In this document: in pieces, positions 36,253-50,332 of the stretch | How the letters are laid out: the number at the start of each line of letters is the position of its first letter | How positions within the stretch are numbered: the stretch's first letter is position 1 | From: Bigelowiella natans CCMP2755 | Lineage: Eukaryota > Protista > Cercozoa | DNA length: 64,000 nt | NCBI GenBank assembly: GCA_000320545.1 | Contig: ADNK01000237.1 | Span: forward strand, 1 to 64,000 | Direction of reading: 5' to 3' | Position numbers and translations under genes: made by a program | Notes under the pieces: generated by a model | Databases searched by the model: none | Told to the model about the DNA's origin: nothing | What the model saw: only the letters and a program-made list of their open reading frames with translations

Positions 36253-36738
36253 TTAATGAGCGTTTTGCTGGTCGAGTGGACGATTGAAGCCTCCTCGGCG
36301 GTTCATATACTGTCTGTATTTTCTCTGTACTTTGATTCTAGCAGCACCCTTATCGTTTCCCTTCACCTTTTTCCCTTTGGTTGAGTCAAATCCCACTGGA
36401 AAGCCCATTGCCTTCATAGCCTCGAGTTCATCCATATCTGCAGGAATAGTCATCTTCCTCTCAGCATCTTGCTTTGCCTTCTTCTTCTTCTTCTTGTCGC
36501 GTTTTTCCTTCGCCCTTGCTGCACGCTCCCCAAAAGGAACAACCTCTCGTCTCCCTCGCTCCCTGGAGCGGCTTCTACGGCGGCGGTCATCTCCTTCACG
36601 GTCGCGGTACCTCCCTCCTCTATCCCTGTCATATTCACGATCGTAGCGATCATCTTTGCTGTCATAATCGCGGTCTCTCTCGCGATAACGGTCCCGCCCT
36701 CGGCCCCGCTCAGGTGAACGAGAGTCGTCCCGTGGCAT
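36253..36738 (-). CDS. SNRNP27: U4/U6.U5 tri-snRNP 27 kDa protein
   Basis: RS/RD-rich N-terminus and diagnostic C-terminus [36 protein letters not shown]. Confidence 0.93.
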   Translation of the reverse strand: MPRDDSRSPERGRGRDRYRERDRDYDSKDDRYDREYDRDRGGRYRDREGDDRRRRSRSRERGRREVVPFGERAARAKEKRDKKKKKKAKQDAERKMTIPADMDELEAMKAMGFPVGFDSTKGKKVKGNDKGAARIKVQRKYRQYMNRRGGFNRPLDQQNAH

Positions 36739-37112
36739 CTACGTTAGAATTTTCTGGTCCTCGTGGAAGAGAAGGAGTTTTGAAAGAGGGGTTAGAAGAA
36801 GAAGAAAGAGATGGGGTGGGAGCGACACCGGAGTACAAGTTCCCCTGTTCAGTTGCGAGATGTAAAACGCCGGGGAGTTCTTCTCTACGACAAAGTATAA
36901 AATAAAATAATATTAATCCCCTATACTATATTAGTACGACAATCCGATTAAACAAGTCGCAGCTGGAAAGGTAACCTCATCACTAAACTGAGTTTCGGAA
37001 CTCCTTCACTGGCACTCAAGGCGAAGAGCGTAGTTTCTGTGCAAGTGGAGCTGAGGGGGAGAAATGTGGTGAATCTTTCCTAAGCGATCGACAGGTGCTA
37101 GCTCCGCAAACT

Positions 37113-37514
37113 ATGCGTATAGTGATGAAGTCGATGGCGCGCGCATTTGGTGGAGGTTTTAAAACCAAGGAATGGAAGGTTGCTGTGCATCCATCTCTTT
37201 ACTTCGCACGATGCTTCTCATCGTCGCCACCGGAACCATCTGCGGAGGAGATTGCGGCCCATGATCCTTATCGAGGTGGGGAACAGGAAATAAATGGCAA
37301 TCCCGTAGACATCACCGATAATCTACGCAAACGTCAGGGACAGGTGTCAGAATTCACGGCTAATAAGTCGAAGACTCCAGTAGTAAATGCTTTGTTTCTG
37401 CAGGTTTTTACATCAAAATCTTATGAGCAAGGATGGAATCGGATATTTAGGAAACAAGAGAAGCCTAAGGATGCAAGTGATGCAAACAGCTCATCTCCAG
37501 GCTCGGGACGATGA
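37113..37514 (+). CDS. Small hypothetical protein with mitochondrial-type presequence
   Basis: Basic leader ending ARCFSS. Probable 60-nt in-frame intron (gtgtca..ctgcag, ~37344-37403). C-terminus FTSKSYEQGWNRIFRK. Divergent from SNRNP27. Confidence 0.55.
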   Translation: MRIVMKSMARAFGGGFKTKEWKVAVHPSLYFARCFSSSPPEPSAEEIAAHDPYRGGEQEINGNPVDITDNLRKRQGQVSEFTANKSKTPVVNALFLQVFTSKSYEQGWNRIFRKQEKPKDASDANSSSPGSGR

Positions 37515-37821
37515 CATGAGAACCAATAACTAAAATCACATACATAATAGCATTGATCAGTGTACATCTTCGAAGAAGATTGAAAATGTGATGAGCAGAC
37601 ACTCTCAACTAAACCCTCTAAGGAGTCGTACGTTCGAGTGTATTTATCGATAGATGGAATCCTCTCAGTCAGTGCATCGTTTACCTGCTCAGATCATTCC
37701 CTCACCCTCGATTCTAAATTTCGGTGCTTACTTACATCTTTGTTTCTGCATGACGGACAAAACAACACTTGCCTTCTACAACTGTGCTTAACAATAAGAT
37801 AATAGACACAGACACAGCAAT

Positions 37822-37899
<78 letters not shown>

Positions 37900-37993
37900 T
37901 GTCTATCATTAAGTATATTTCAATCGTGCGATCACATCGCCATCAAATATATATAATGCAATATATATCAGCGCACGTAGGAAACAATGATTT

Positions 37994-38087
37994 TCACATA
38001 GATGAGTATATCACGATCCACAACTTTGCATCGTCTATAGTCACATAGATGAGTATATCACGATCCACAACTTTGCATCGTCTATAG
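37994..38087. repeat. Perfect 47-bp tandem duplication
   Basis: tcacatagatgagtatatcacgatccacaactttgcatcgtctatag x2. Confidence 0.95.
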
Positions 38088-38652
38088 TATATGGCACATA
38101 TGTACTCCGTAATGATGCGGCGAGGCCACTGAACAGCCACATCCACCACGCTACTATTAGCACGGTGCACATGTAATAATAAGCGGTCAAGTTTGGTGTT
38201 TAGGCACAACGTCTGGACACAGCGTATAGCATCTAGAGTGTGTTTATAGTTCCATGTAACATGTTAGGTGGATGTAATGATATGAATAAATATTTTCTAT
38301 GTGGTCATCCTATAATGTACATAGATAGATAGCTATATTGTGAAGCGCAGCGTGCTATGCACATCTTACATGCACCGTATGAATAACTATATAGATAACA
38401 CATGACACATCTAGGCATCTAGACACACAAATTGTGTACGCGCATATGCACAACTTAGCTTCGTGCAATTCAGGTGTAGACGGCGTAGTCTATGATTATT
38501 ACGAATCACTAGATGTTTTGCTACGACACAATTATGATAAAGGAATAGCGGAAATATTGCACACGCCAAATAGCATGGCAGAGCAGCTGCTGTTGGATTC
38601 TAATACCAATACTGTTGTATAGATGCTCCTCCTTCACACCAGATCTCGGTTA

Positions 38653-41644
38653 TCAATTTTCGAACCATGTGACGCAGTGCTTTCGAGCATTACCCTCGAA
38701 GTCAGTAAAATTTTCGCGCCCGTGCAGCACTCTGTAGTTATCGAGGAGCACAATATCTCCAGGCTGCATGGCGACCTTGTGAAGGTTCTTTCGGGTGATG
38801 TCGTCTATGTGCTGTACGTCTTGAGCAGCGATAGTGCTCAGATCACCGTAGTACACATCAGCTCGAGCGATCTCAACAAGACTGTAGATAAAGCCAAAAA
38901 TCGATGAGACTCTAGGATAATAAGTGAGCGTCTATGCTTATGTGTGTGTGTACTCTAAAGAGAGCATACAGAAGCTCGTTAATAACTCAGAATAGAAGCC
39001 AACGATAACACCTGTTAGGCCTGCGGTCCGAAAGGTAGCGAGCATGGTTGTGGATATTGCAGAACCAGAGAGGGTCGCCGGTCTTAGGATGACGATTAAG
39101 CTGAAGGAGGAGCAGATGAGAACAAACTCAACCAACTAGCATTTATCACGACTAAAACAGGAGCAGAAAGCAGGGTATTACATATCTCGATCTTACTCAC
39201 AAACTATAGAGTCTGAGTACCGGAGACTGGCGAGGCTCCAGACCTCCGAAACGTGGAACACCCTCGTAGTCGTCGAGAACAAAGAAGTCCAACTCGTATT
39301 TTTCCATAAGGTCAGCGGTTGGGCCTGGCATCACCTTCGCTGCGCCTGATTCATGGATAATATTATTCAGCATTGGAATTCTATATCACCCATCTCATCC
39401 TTATGCTCATGTCTTTTGGTTCTGGGAACATACGAATGAAACTCAATACCTTCGAAAGCTCCAGCCAGCATGTTGCGGGGGACGATGTTCGCTAGGGGTC
39501 CTGCAGGGAGGCCGACCACCTTGATTCGGACGTCCTTGTCATAAAACCTCTGCACAACATCTTGATCCAAATCGAAGAACATTTTGCGTCCATCGAGAAG
39601 AGTAAACTCACCGCCGACGCTGATTTTGGTGATGAATCATTAATGAGATGATTTTGTTGTAATAATTCGGAATATAATAAGAAGGGCTAGTAACAGGGCT
39701 ACAGCGACCATTTTGTTGGATAGGAGCAATATATATTCATTCGCTCATCGGCATCCGATATAGTTCTGTTACCAAAACTAACCTTGCAGGATTCCCACAC
39801 CAGAAAGCTCCTGACACAGGGCCGAGAGTATGTGTGCACTCCGTGTGCATGCCAACGTAGTGAGTTGGGTTCTGAAGTCCGCAACACACACACCCACACA
39901 CACAGTGATTATCCATCGAACTGCATCCTGTCTACACTTATCGTCTACTTATTCCCCTCTCGAAGCTAAAGAACCTGGTTAAAAGTGAACTTGATCTCCT
40001 TGTCAGCGTTCTTTCTCAAGAAGGTGCCTTCCAGAGGATCTTCGCAGGATGAAAAACCTAGGGCCTTGTAGGCATCCCTGTATCCGTCCATGGTCATCGT
40101 GGACTCAAATCTAGTTTTTTAGAAGGAAGAGGGAAGAAAATAAATGGCAGACGAGGAGATGATAAGGACCATAAGGACCCAAATAAAGCAGCTCAGACAT
40201 GTCGTTTAAAGAAGAGATGGGGACAAGGCCATGTAAACAACAAACGGAAATGATGACGACGACGAAGATGACGACGACAGATAAGGCCACGAGACTAACC
40301 CTCTGAAAACAAGCGCTCCGTGCTTCAGCATCAGCTGGCGAACCTGATAATAAGACGATGCGATGAAGGGGTAGCAAAGATTAAAGAGGGATTAGACCCC
40401 GAAAAATTTAACGGGGTGCTTCTCAATCTCCTCAACTCTCAAGAATTCCAGGGAGCATGAAGGTCCAGCAAATGCCCATTTACCAAGTCTTTCTTTTCTC
40501 CAATAGCTTCTGCAGTAGCATCCGCTGGGAGGTTGAGGTCCTCGGGAGAGATGTAGAGGGGAAATTCAACATCAAGATCCTGAAGAATATCGGTATCAGC
40601 AACAGCATTAGCATTAGGAATAGCATCAATAGCAGCGACTTTAACACAAAAAGAAGACACGGTTTCCTTTCATCATGATCTAAGTACTTCTCTGACTGAC
40701 CGCAGGAGGGTTAGCCCTCAACGCTGGAATGTCCATATCCTTTGAGTTCCACATAGTAGCAGGGCAGGGGCGGGAGCCGGTGCCTTTGCTCACAAACTGA
40801 GGGTAAATTTTCAAATTAATTCCATTTTTTCTTGCGCTCACCAAGAGCAGTACCTGATCAATTAGATCCTTGTTCCTTCCCACATAGTCAACGAAAGATT
40901 CGGATGACTTCTTCTTCTCGTCTTCCACAGTTGATCTGCAGATCTGAGCGAACATCGGAGAATCAGTCTCCGCTGGAAGAAGTAATATTTCATTTGAATT
41001 CATACCATTTTCCCATTTATCCTTCCCCGAGGCCTTGTTCCAGCAGGACATACTAGTGAGTTCCTCGCGACGGTTGAGCGCGAAAGGGTAGATGCCAAAC
41101 CTCCATTACCATACTGAGGAGAAAAACGTGACATGACACATACCACGTGAAGCAATTAGGTGGGAGCTGTTTGTTAGATAATCTACATACAGTATCGATG
41201 GCTAGCAAGTTAATAATCGTCATCTCAATCTTAAGTTGTTGCATCGAATTCCAACGTCCCCCCAGGGGAATGAAGAATGTTCGATCGTCGTGCCCTACGG
41301 GTACCTTAGCTGCATCTCTCTTTTGTGCTCTCTACTATTTCGCTTATCAACATCTCCCAATTCTCTCTACTATGATAAAAGTTTTTATTATCGAATTTGA
41401 TATGTATTCGTGGTAAAGATTTCAGCCGTTAATGCTTGAAGGAGACGTGATGACTCTCACACTTCCGAACTAAAGCAAAGCGAGCAAAATATGTTAAAAA
41501 ACTCTCAGGGTCGTGGACCTGTGTGAAGGAGAGCGTCACAGTGAAAACTGCGGCCGCAACAAGGCCGAGACCAAGCAGAGCCCGCACGGTTCGAGACTGC
41601 GTGCGGCGACGAAGTGGTGCTGGTGCAAAGGGGGGAGCCATCAT
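38653..41644 (-). CDS. TauD/TfdA-family (SyrP/CAS-like) Fe(II)/2OG dioxygenase, probably plastid-targeted; multi-exon
   Basis: Leader MMAPP..ALLGLGLVAAAVFTVTLSFTQ|YGNGGLASTLSRSTVARNSLV. GMHTECTH..AFWCGNPA (HxE), GGEFTLLDGR, RHPKTGDPLWFCN, MQPGDIVLLDNYRVLHGR. Confidence 0.8.
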
Positions 41645-42481
41645 CGTTGCGGATAGCCAACCGTGGTGTCGACGTGTCCGCAAAATCCTTCTCAGAACCA
41701 AAAATGTTGATGTCGCACATATGAATTGCCTTCATAAGTCACTATAGTGTTCTATTTTGGACCATAAAGTGAGAAAATGTGTGGTTTCATGTTCGAAATT
41801 GGGCCAAATTGGTGCAATCGTCTTGTTCATATTCAGACCATAGCCATCGGGTACCCCTCGTACTATTTTCAGCCCAAAATTAATCAAAGTGATTTCTTTA
41901 CGACTTCTACAATGTGTTGTCGTACAATTATAAAGAAAGTAATTGACCTACAGAAAATGCAAATGACCGGTGATTTTTGACCTAGATTCTCACTCTATCC
42001 TCACCTCTGGATCCAAAGCCGCCTTAAGGCAGAAGCGGCCCAATCTTTCCATGCTGCCCAAAAAAAGGAAGTTCGCAATATTTTCAGGTCTCTGGTGCAT
42101 AAATCAAAGGCATTGATCCGGGAGAAGGAGCCAAAAGAGTTGCCTTCAAATAACTTAAAAAAAACAAAAGATGTATGGATATGCTGCTACTAACGCCAGA
42201 ATATCCGGGATTGCGATCACTCGGAAGCTACATTTCTGAGCCGGAATCCAAATTTTGTACAACCATCGCGTCAGGCCCCGAGTATTCAATTTTATTAGAT
42301 GTTCTTCCGATAAAAGTCTTCCTGAAAGAATATTTTTAGCAGAACAGTATTTAGAACACTTTCTAGTCGACACATAGCGAACACAGAACCAACACCCCAT
42401 TCGAAAACCGTTAACGGTCGGATCGTCGTGTCCCGCCCGTCAAGTGTCAGACTGGCTGCCAAGCAGGAAGGCTGCGAAACT

Positions 42482-45400
42482 ATGCTCCCGAACCAACGAG
42501 ATGATACAGGAGGTGTGAAGAAGACTCTCAAAAGTTTCTTCGATGGCGCAGATGACAAGGGCAGCAGGGATAACAAAGGCAGAGAATCGCCCTCGAAGGA
42601 TCTTTTGACGTTGCCGAATCCTAACCAACTATCCTTAGATTCATTTTCACTTGCGCAGAAAACTCAAAAGGTTTATGACGATCTGGAGAAAATCTATCTT
42701 CTGGTTAGTAGCAGCAGTATGCTTCTTGCTCGCGGCTTTACATCAAACATCCGAAACTCATCACATTATTTCCGTGCCATGTCCCCCCTCTGTTCTTGTC
42801 TCCAGGGATTCAAGGATATTGTGGACCATCTTGGCGAGCTTAAGCAAGAACTTGAGGTAGTGATCACGCCCCAGCTAACAATTCTAGCTCAAAAGAGAGA
42901 TTTGCCGTTCTTTTCCTTTGAGTTCATGTTGTCCATTCACACATCAACCAATATGAAGAAACCTAACTGTGGGTGGTGGCGGGTTTCATACAGGCAGCTC
43001 ACGCAACTGGAATCCGACTGGAGAATGAGATCGGAAACTTGGAAATCGAGCTCCTGAATCGCTCGCGTGAATTGGCAGGCTCGTCGGGACGCCTTAAGGA
43101 AAAGGAGTCTATGCTCCAGGTGGCCACCGAAGAGGATCAGACGCTGAAGGCTTCTTGGGAGACCATTTCAAAGCAGAGAAACGTGGTTTTATCCCATGTG
43201 CAGAGAGGGCTTTCGGCATGGGCACAAGCTCTTCAGCCTGTCGTGGATAAAGGTTCATCGAGAGGTGGGCGAGATGGTGATGATAATGATGCAGGCGATG
43301 GTGTTGCGATATCACCTGATGGCTCCGTCGCAGCAGCACAAACAGGACCAGCAGCTGACTCCCCCAAGACAATAGCTTCCCCATCTAGCCAATTCTCCTC
43401 CCCTACAAAGCTTCCCCCGTCACAGCAGGAAAATAAAACATTCACCCCAAAAATGAGGGGCAGCAGTGTCGACATTGTTCAAAACGCGTTGTCGGAGCTA
43501 ACAGCAGCCACTGTTGCGCTTGGTACCCACACCGCTAAATGGATAGTAGTCGCAGCACAGGGAGGACAGAGAACCCCATCACAGACATCGGTCCGAAGGC
43601 GAATGCGTCGGGTATTAACAGTATGGAGACTCTTGCTCTGCCAAACTATTGCGCGGAGAGAATCAAACTCTGCGAGATTGCGTTGCAAGGAGGCTGAGCT
43701 TTTCTACTCGTGGCGCTACCAAAGCCAGAGGAATAGCGTTTATGAACAAGCTTCAAGCAATTTGACACAGTTAAACAACGAAGCTCGGACTAAGAAGTTC
43801 TGGTTGGCTTGGGTTCAAAGGACGAGGCAGAGACTTGCTTTCCAGAAAGCTGCGGATAGCTTCCAGAAGCTACGAGGAAAGACAATACTCCTGACCAAAT
43901 TAAGTTCTTGGAGGCGCATCCTGCTTTCGAGGCGGATGATCCGGGGGTCGCGTACCTGGGCGATATTGCAGCTTCGAAGAAGGCGACTCCGACAGCACTT
44001 CACCGCCTGGGCGAGCATGAGCACAACGAACGAACTCAGCCACATTCTCTCGGTTGTTGCAGAGCAGAAGATGGAAAAAAATATCGTCGAAGACAATCTG
44101 GCCAAGTGTCTTGCGGAGAGGTAATTGCGGATTAGTGTAGCGTCTCACTGTCTTGCGTGAATATAATGGTATAGGGTTACTCTATTCAGCAGTCTATCTT
44201 GCACGACAAAGTAGAGACACTGACACCCTCAATATCCAGCTTTGTTTGGTGCATTCTCATTCGTTAATGATGATATGTATGGTCATTCTTAAAAGGGTTG
44301 ATCTCGAGAAGGACAGCAATGGGGGCCCGTTTGTAACGATGGAGACTACTACCTTCTCCTCAGCTTCCCCATCCTTTCACTCTCCCTCAAACTCGGACAT
44401 GACTGCGACGAACGAAACGATGAAAAATGGGCCTGGGAAGAACGAAGAAGCGCCTGTTACCACAACAGAGACAATCCGCGTGCCCGCGAGAATTGTTGCT
44501 CTTTCATGTCGCACTCAGAACGCGAGACGCTTGCTCCTCCTTTCTACGATATCTCGATGGCGTGCGAAGATCAATGTTGAAGCAGGCCTTCGGAAGTCCC
44601 TCGCAATCAGAAGAACCACCAGCGAGGCAGCGGCGACTACCCGAAAAATGATGGAGGTTTGCTTGTGTCCATCTTAATGTTATCTTTAAGTTCTGTTGAC
44701 CCTCTGCCTCCCACCAATCAAGCGTCCAGAGTAGAATAACATTCGAGGATGCATGATTCAAACTAGAGTTGCTTCTTTCTTTCGCCTGCACAGCCACCAC
44801 TACCATCACCGTCACCATCACCATCATCGTTTTCATCATTGCCCCCATCATTAGGGATTCGGCCGGGCGCTGTCACAGTCCCTCAGCAGAGGCTTGCTGG
44901 TTGTTCGAGCCGTCCATATTTTATGTGGATGGAAATCAACTGCGATCAAGTACCGCAGAGCACGTTTGCTGGGTGAGAACCTGCAATACGAGCGAACACA
45001 GATGGCGTCTAGGAAAATGCTGCTCGCATGGATGGCCATCGGAAAGAAACAAAGGTTGATTCAGGTCATGAAACGATCCAGAGAAAGGAGCAATAGAGAC
45101 TTGATCACGGCAGGCGAAGGCAGGCAACGGGCGCGACAAGTGCATCCCTCTACTTTCTCCTCCTCCTCCTCTTCCTCCTCGAAGAAATCGATTACTACCG
45201 CTACAGCTGCTGATAGAGTTCGGAGGCTAGCAGTCGCTGTCTGCCCGTTCTCTAGGGCACGCCTACGGTCGGCTTGGAGGCGTTGGCTGCGAGTTGACAG
45301 GGAGATGTCAGCGGAAGCACGACGAACCGCACGCCAGGCCTGGGAAGCCGCCAAGAACGACTTGGCAGCGACAGCGTCGCAGGCTGGAAGACGGGAAGAG

Positions 45401-45991
45401 AGCTTGCTGCGAACCGCCTACGAACGCTGGCGACGGAGGATGATCACAGTTGCATTGGTCGTCCGCCGCAGGAGTTGCAGCCGCGCGATGAGTAGTTGCA
45501 GAGAATGTAGTAATGGCGGTGGTGGGAACGCAGTTACAGCTAGTAGCAAAAGTAGTCGCAAGTGCACGAATAGGGGTCCCCAGCCAAAACAGCTGCAACA
45601 AGCGCGTGATTGGAACAGGAAGAAGACAGTTATGTCTGTTTTTCGGGGATGGTTCTCGCGTATGGCCGTTCAGCGCTCTTACTCCCACGAGCCCCAATGC
45701 GCTCGGATCAAAGCACAGATCGAGGCAGCTGAGAAAGAGAACGAGAGACTGGAGAACGAGATACACGCGAAGAGGAGCTCACTGGTTGGGCACAGGCGAT
45801 GTCGCGAGCGCCAACTCAAGTTGTTGGAGGATGCTAATAGATTGGATCGAGAAGCAGGACAGATGAAAACGGTGTATGAAACTTTGCGAAACGACATTGC
45901 AAGGGGGAAAGAAACTTTGGCAGAATCTTTAGAGCACAATATTAAGCTTAGAATGGCCTTGAAAGAGAATGACGGGGATAACCCAAAGTAA
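42482..45991 (+). CDS. Large coiled-coil protein with Sfi1-like Trp repeats (putative centrin-binding centrosome/basal body protein)
   Basis: Long exons with periodic hydrophobic-xx-W motifs in basic helices: FYSWR, WLAWV, LSSWR, FTAWA, ISRWR, LCGWK, LLAWM, WRRWL, YERWR, FRGWF. N- and C-terminal coiled coils. Confidence 0.6.
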
Positions 45992-46556
45992 CTATAGCAC
46001 CAATAATCTATGCCAACTGGCAAGGGAGAAGCGTCAGCCAACTTGTAGCCCCCTGCTCCTCTATGAAAGAATGTTTTGACAAGAGCGAATAATGAAATCT
46101 AAAGCTCGATAATGACAAATAAGAATAATATTTCGAAAATACATATGCACGGAGTTCAATGATTTTATTCATTACTACGTGCCCAAGATCCCATGGTAAT
46201 AGAATGTACATGACTGTTGTCATCGATCGCGTGTACGGGTACGGCGCATGTAGCTTTTCCCGCTTTTAAGACAGATCGATAAGCGTCAGATCGAGTGACC
46301 ATGCCATGTGACATGTCGCTATTTAGATACACGTGTAGCCCTACGCAGCACCTGTGTAATCTCACAGTATTGTTCAAGGCTTTTTAGCGCTTCTTCTGAA
46401 GCAGATACAGTACAGACATGCGACGCGAATAGATGTACAACTGAATGGCTAAGCGTTGCGACGTGAGCGCAAACGGGTGGCTAAGTCAGTCAGTTTTTAA
46501 TGCCGAAATTAGCGCATGATATGTGCAGCCATGCTGCTTTACTGTAAGGGAGGATG

Positions 46557-46602
<46 letters not shown>

Positions 46603-46801
46603 GCGAATTCATGCCCCGCCATGCACAAATCATTGTCTCTCCATTGTTAGCAATACTGCGTATGACTGAACAAAATTTGCGCTGACATCGCATTCCTTTG
46701 CTCGCGTGAGCTAGTGAGGTGGTGAGCACAAGCACGGCGACTTCAGCACTGCCTTATTCGATCGTAATTCTACCCATTGTTTAATAACTGCATTCCTACA
46801 G

Positions 46802-47478
46802 CTATGGTAACTGATCGATATCGTCCCGCCTTTCTCTCACTGGGGTTCCGCCTTCCATATCCGCCATGATTATCGATCCGTGTCGCATGCCGCCCTGTTT
46901 CTGTTGAAAGACAATCATCCGACAAACTGAAGATTAGCACAGAAGGAACAATGAATCTCCTAAATAGCTTATTATTGCACGCAAGAGAAAATGCAGTATC
47001 TGATTGTAAATGATTCTTGTGCGGCGTTTTTTGCTTTTGAAAAATACCCTATGCGTGTTCCCTGAGCTTGGCGTAACGCGTGGTGGAGGAGCTCTCATTG
47101 TATTGCCACTCTCTCCCTGATGACGCTGCGGTGTAATCATAACACCCATCGCGCTCCCGCCTGTAGGTCGGCGTAGTAGCGCAGAAGAAGAGAGAGAAGA
47201 AGAAAGAGAAGACGGTGATGAAGAAGAAAGCTCATTCAAGATGAGGGAGAGAGAAGAGTGGGGGGGGGGGGGGGGATGTTCTTATATCACCGGTAGATTG
47301 TCCAGAGCTACTGCCATTCTGAAGAGATGCTGTACCCTGAATAGGACACGATGATGACAAATAATAAAGATGGTGATAATTATTATGGTCACTATTATCA
47401 AAATGGGTTGTGACGAGATGACAGCGAGGTGGAAACTAGAGGCTAACAAGTGTCTCCAAAGTACACATCCACTGAGAG

Positions 47479-47528
<50 letters not shown>

Positions 47529-48173
47529 AACAACATATTAATAATTTGGATGAGCTGACTCATACAATTTACAACAGCACCTTGCTGCCACCACTGCCTC
47601 CTCCTCCCCCTCCTCCTTGACTGTCAGTACTCCCGTTTCCACTTCTATTATCATTAACGTTCTTATTATTATTATCATTCCAATGCTGCTGCTGCTGCTG
47701 GTGCTGCTGGGTGCCGTTGAGAGCAAGCCGGAGATTGGCATTCTCATTTCGGAGCTTCTCAAGGGTGTCCAAGAGCTGCGCTTTATCTAAATCCTCCGTT
47801 GCCAGCAGCACCAGGACGTCCTCATGCTCCTAACAATCATCATAATGCATGCATTATGGACAAATAACATCCAACGAAAACCCTCGTCAGCTGTAGCAGC
47901 CATAGAGCAAAAGACAGAAAGGTATGGTGCGACGGGAAAGAATGGAGAGAGAACAGAAGTCTCTTCCTCCTCCTCCTCCTCCTCCTCCTCCCATTTTCCT
48001 CCTTCTTCCCCTCAATCTTCACATCCTCATATGTTTCATTATTACCTCGGTGAGCTCGGCAATCTTGTTTTGCAATGTCGCGAGCTGCTCCTTTCCTTCT
48101 GCCCCAGCGTCGTTCACACGGGAGCGAAGATCCTCATTTACGGCCTCTTTTTCGGCGCATATTCGCTCTAGTT

Positions 48174-48214
<41 letters not shown>

Positions 48215-49646
48215 GCCATGACGATAACAATGCACAAGCTACTACTACAACAAGTACTTACTCTCTGTTAGTACCATAATTCGGTCCTCATAGTGCTTCT
48301 TCTCTTTCTCTGCTGCTTCCCTTTCCTCTTTGGAGGAGAAGGAGGAGGAGACACCATTCGCAGCTGCTTCGGGACCCTCACCACCACCATTGGTGTTTGG
48401 CGCTGCTCCACCAGAGGTGGGAGCTTGGGCCTTCTTCGACACTGCAGCCTGCTGGTTCTTGAGTTTGGCATCCATCATTTTAATCGCTCCGAGAGCACGC
48501 TTTAACTGCCCGGCTAGCGTCTTCTGCATGGCCTTTGCCTGTATTATACGCAGTGTCATCATATTTCCATGTCATAATCTTCTTCTGTTCTCTTTACTAT
48601 TAGCTGCGGCATCGTCATCATCCCCCCCTTCTCTTCCTCCTCCTCCTTCTCATCATCACCATTACTGAATCACTACAACACAAGCAGCACACCAGCATAA
48701 ACACTACCTGATTGGCCTCTGCCACTGCCTTAGCTAGTGCTGCTTGGAGAGCAGCGGGAGGAGGGGGAGAAGAGGAGGAGGAGGACGAAGACCCCCCCCC
48801 CTCGTCGCTAGTTAGTGGAGCCGGTGGCGTCCTTGTCATCGTCGCCGTTCTTGCCTTGCTGTGCAAAGCCGCGGTGAGGAGAGAGAGAAGCAGGGAGTCA
48901 AGGCTCCCAAGTATGCTTTCATATCGCGACACAAACGCGAAATCGAAGAGATCAAGCCCAAGGAACGGAAGGGACTTGCTGCTACTGCCGCCCCCCGATG
49001 GGGCGGGGGGGGGCATCCGGTCCGCCGCCCCTCTGGACTTAGCTGCCAAGAAGGCCTGCGTCTTGCCGATCAGCGACAGGCGCGCCTTCAAGGTCTGACA
49101 ACGGGGAGTGAATAGATATTTTAGGGAGCGATGATGGGGAATTGAAGAGCGGTTTGAATGAGTTTAGCGGACTCAAATTACGAAAAGAAGAAGAAGAAGA
49201 AGAAGAAGAAGAAGAAGAAGAAGAAAAAGAAGAGGAGGAGACAGCTACTACCGCCTTTATCAATGCAAAACACTGCTTGCGTGGCGTGGCGTTGTGTTGT
49301 CTTGTGTTGGATACCGCTCTTCATGAGCCCCCCCCCCCTCTACCAGCTATGTACTCGTTGGCACGATGAAAGCCTGTTATTCGCTGCTGCGGCACAATGT
49401 GGCCACGAATCATTACCTTCACGGGAAGTGAGCTCGTTGTGACGGCCTGTATCAATATACGGTGCAGCCTTTGGGCACAGGCATTGAGGCCACCACCGCC
49501 TCCTGACCCGCCATCTTTGTTCGTCGCCGTCATCATCTTTGAGGTGATCTCGAATGCGTGGCGGAGACACATCACAAGTACGATGCATGCCAGACCCCGT
49601 GCAATTAACACCTATTTTGCACGTGGTAGTAGTAGTAAGTAGTAGT

Positions 49647-49681
<35 letters not shown>

Positions 49682-50296
49682 CCCGCAACAGGCAACAACA
49701 ACAACAACAACAACACAACACAACACATATTTAGCTTTAAGACAGGATGATGGATGAATGAAGACAACTAGGAGTGAGGAGAGAAGAAGGGAAGTAAGGG
49801 CGAGTATTTGCAGAGTGAGCAAGGGTGCTAACAGCGACCTGCTCATTATTCTGGGCGCTGCTCCCTTTCGCAGGAGCTGATGATGCTCCCGCCATCTTGA
49901 TGAGTAAGCGAATCACAGATGGTATCGCCTCCTCCTCATCTCCCACTCCTTTCATCTCTTCATCTCCTCCGCCCTGCCCCCCCCCAGCCCCCATGAGCTG
50001 TACGATGGCGCTTGGGTTCGCTTGTAGCCCCTCAATAATAACCAGAAGGCGGGCGGAGAGCGCCTCTGCTGGAACTAAGAAAGAGGACCCAGCGTTCTCT
50101 CCTCCTCCTCCTCCTTCTGTGCCTCCCTTGCGAGGAGACGACATACGTCCTCCCCCCCCCCTCTGGCCAGGAAATGCAGCCGAGAGCGGTGTTGTCGAGG
50201 ATGGCGCTGAGAGAAGTTCGTGGCATATGAGTTGTCTTATGTGTAATGAGATGAGCGAGGAGGGGAAGGTGGAAAACATGGAGAGTATGATCCCAA

Positions 50297-50332
<36 letters not shown>

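Noticed and set aside
37994-38087. Direct repeats as a CRISPR array (also 21904-22045 and 12234-12326)
   Set aside because: Only two copies each, no unique-spacer periodicity, no cas genes, eukaryotic context.
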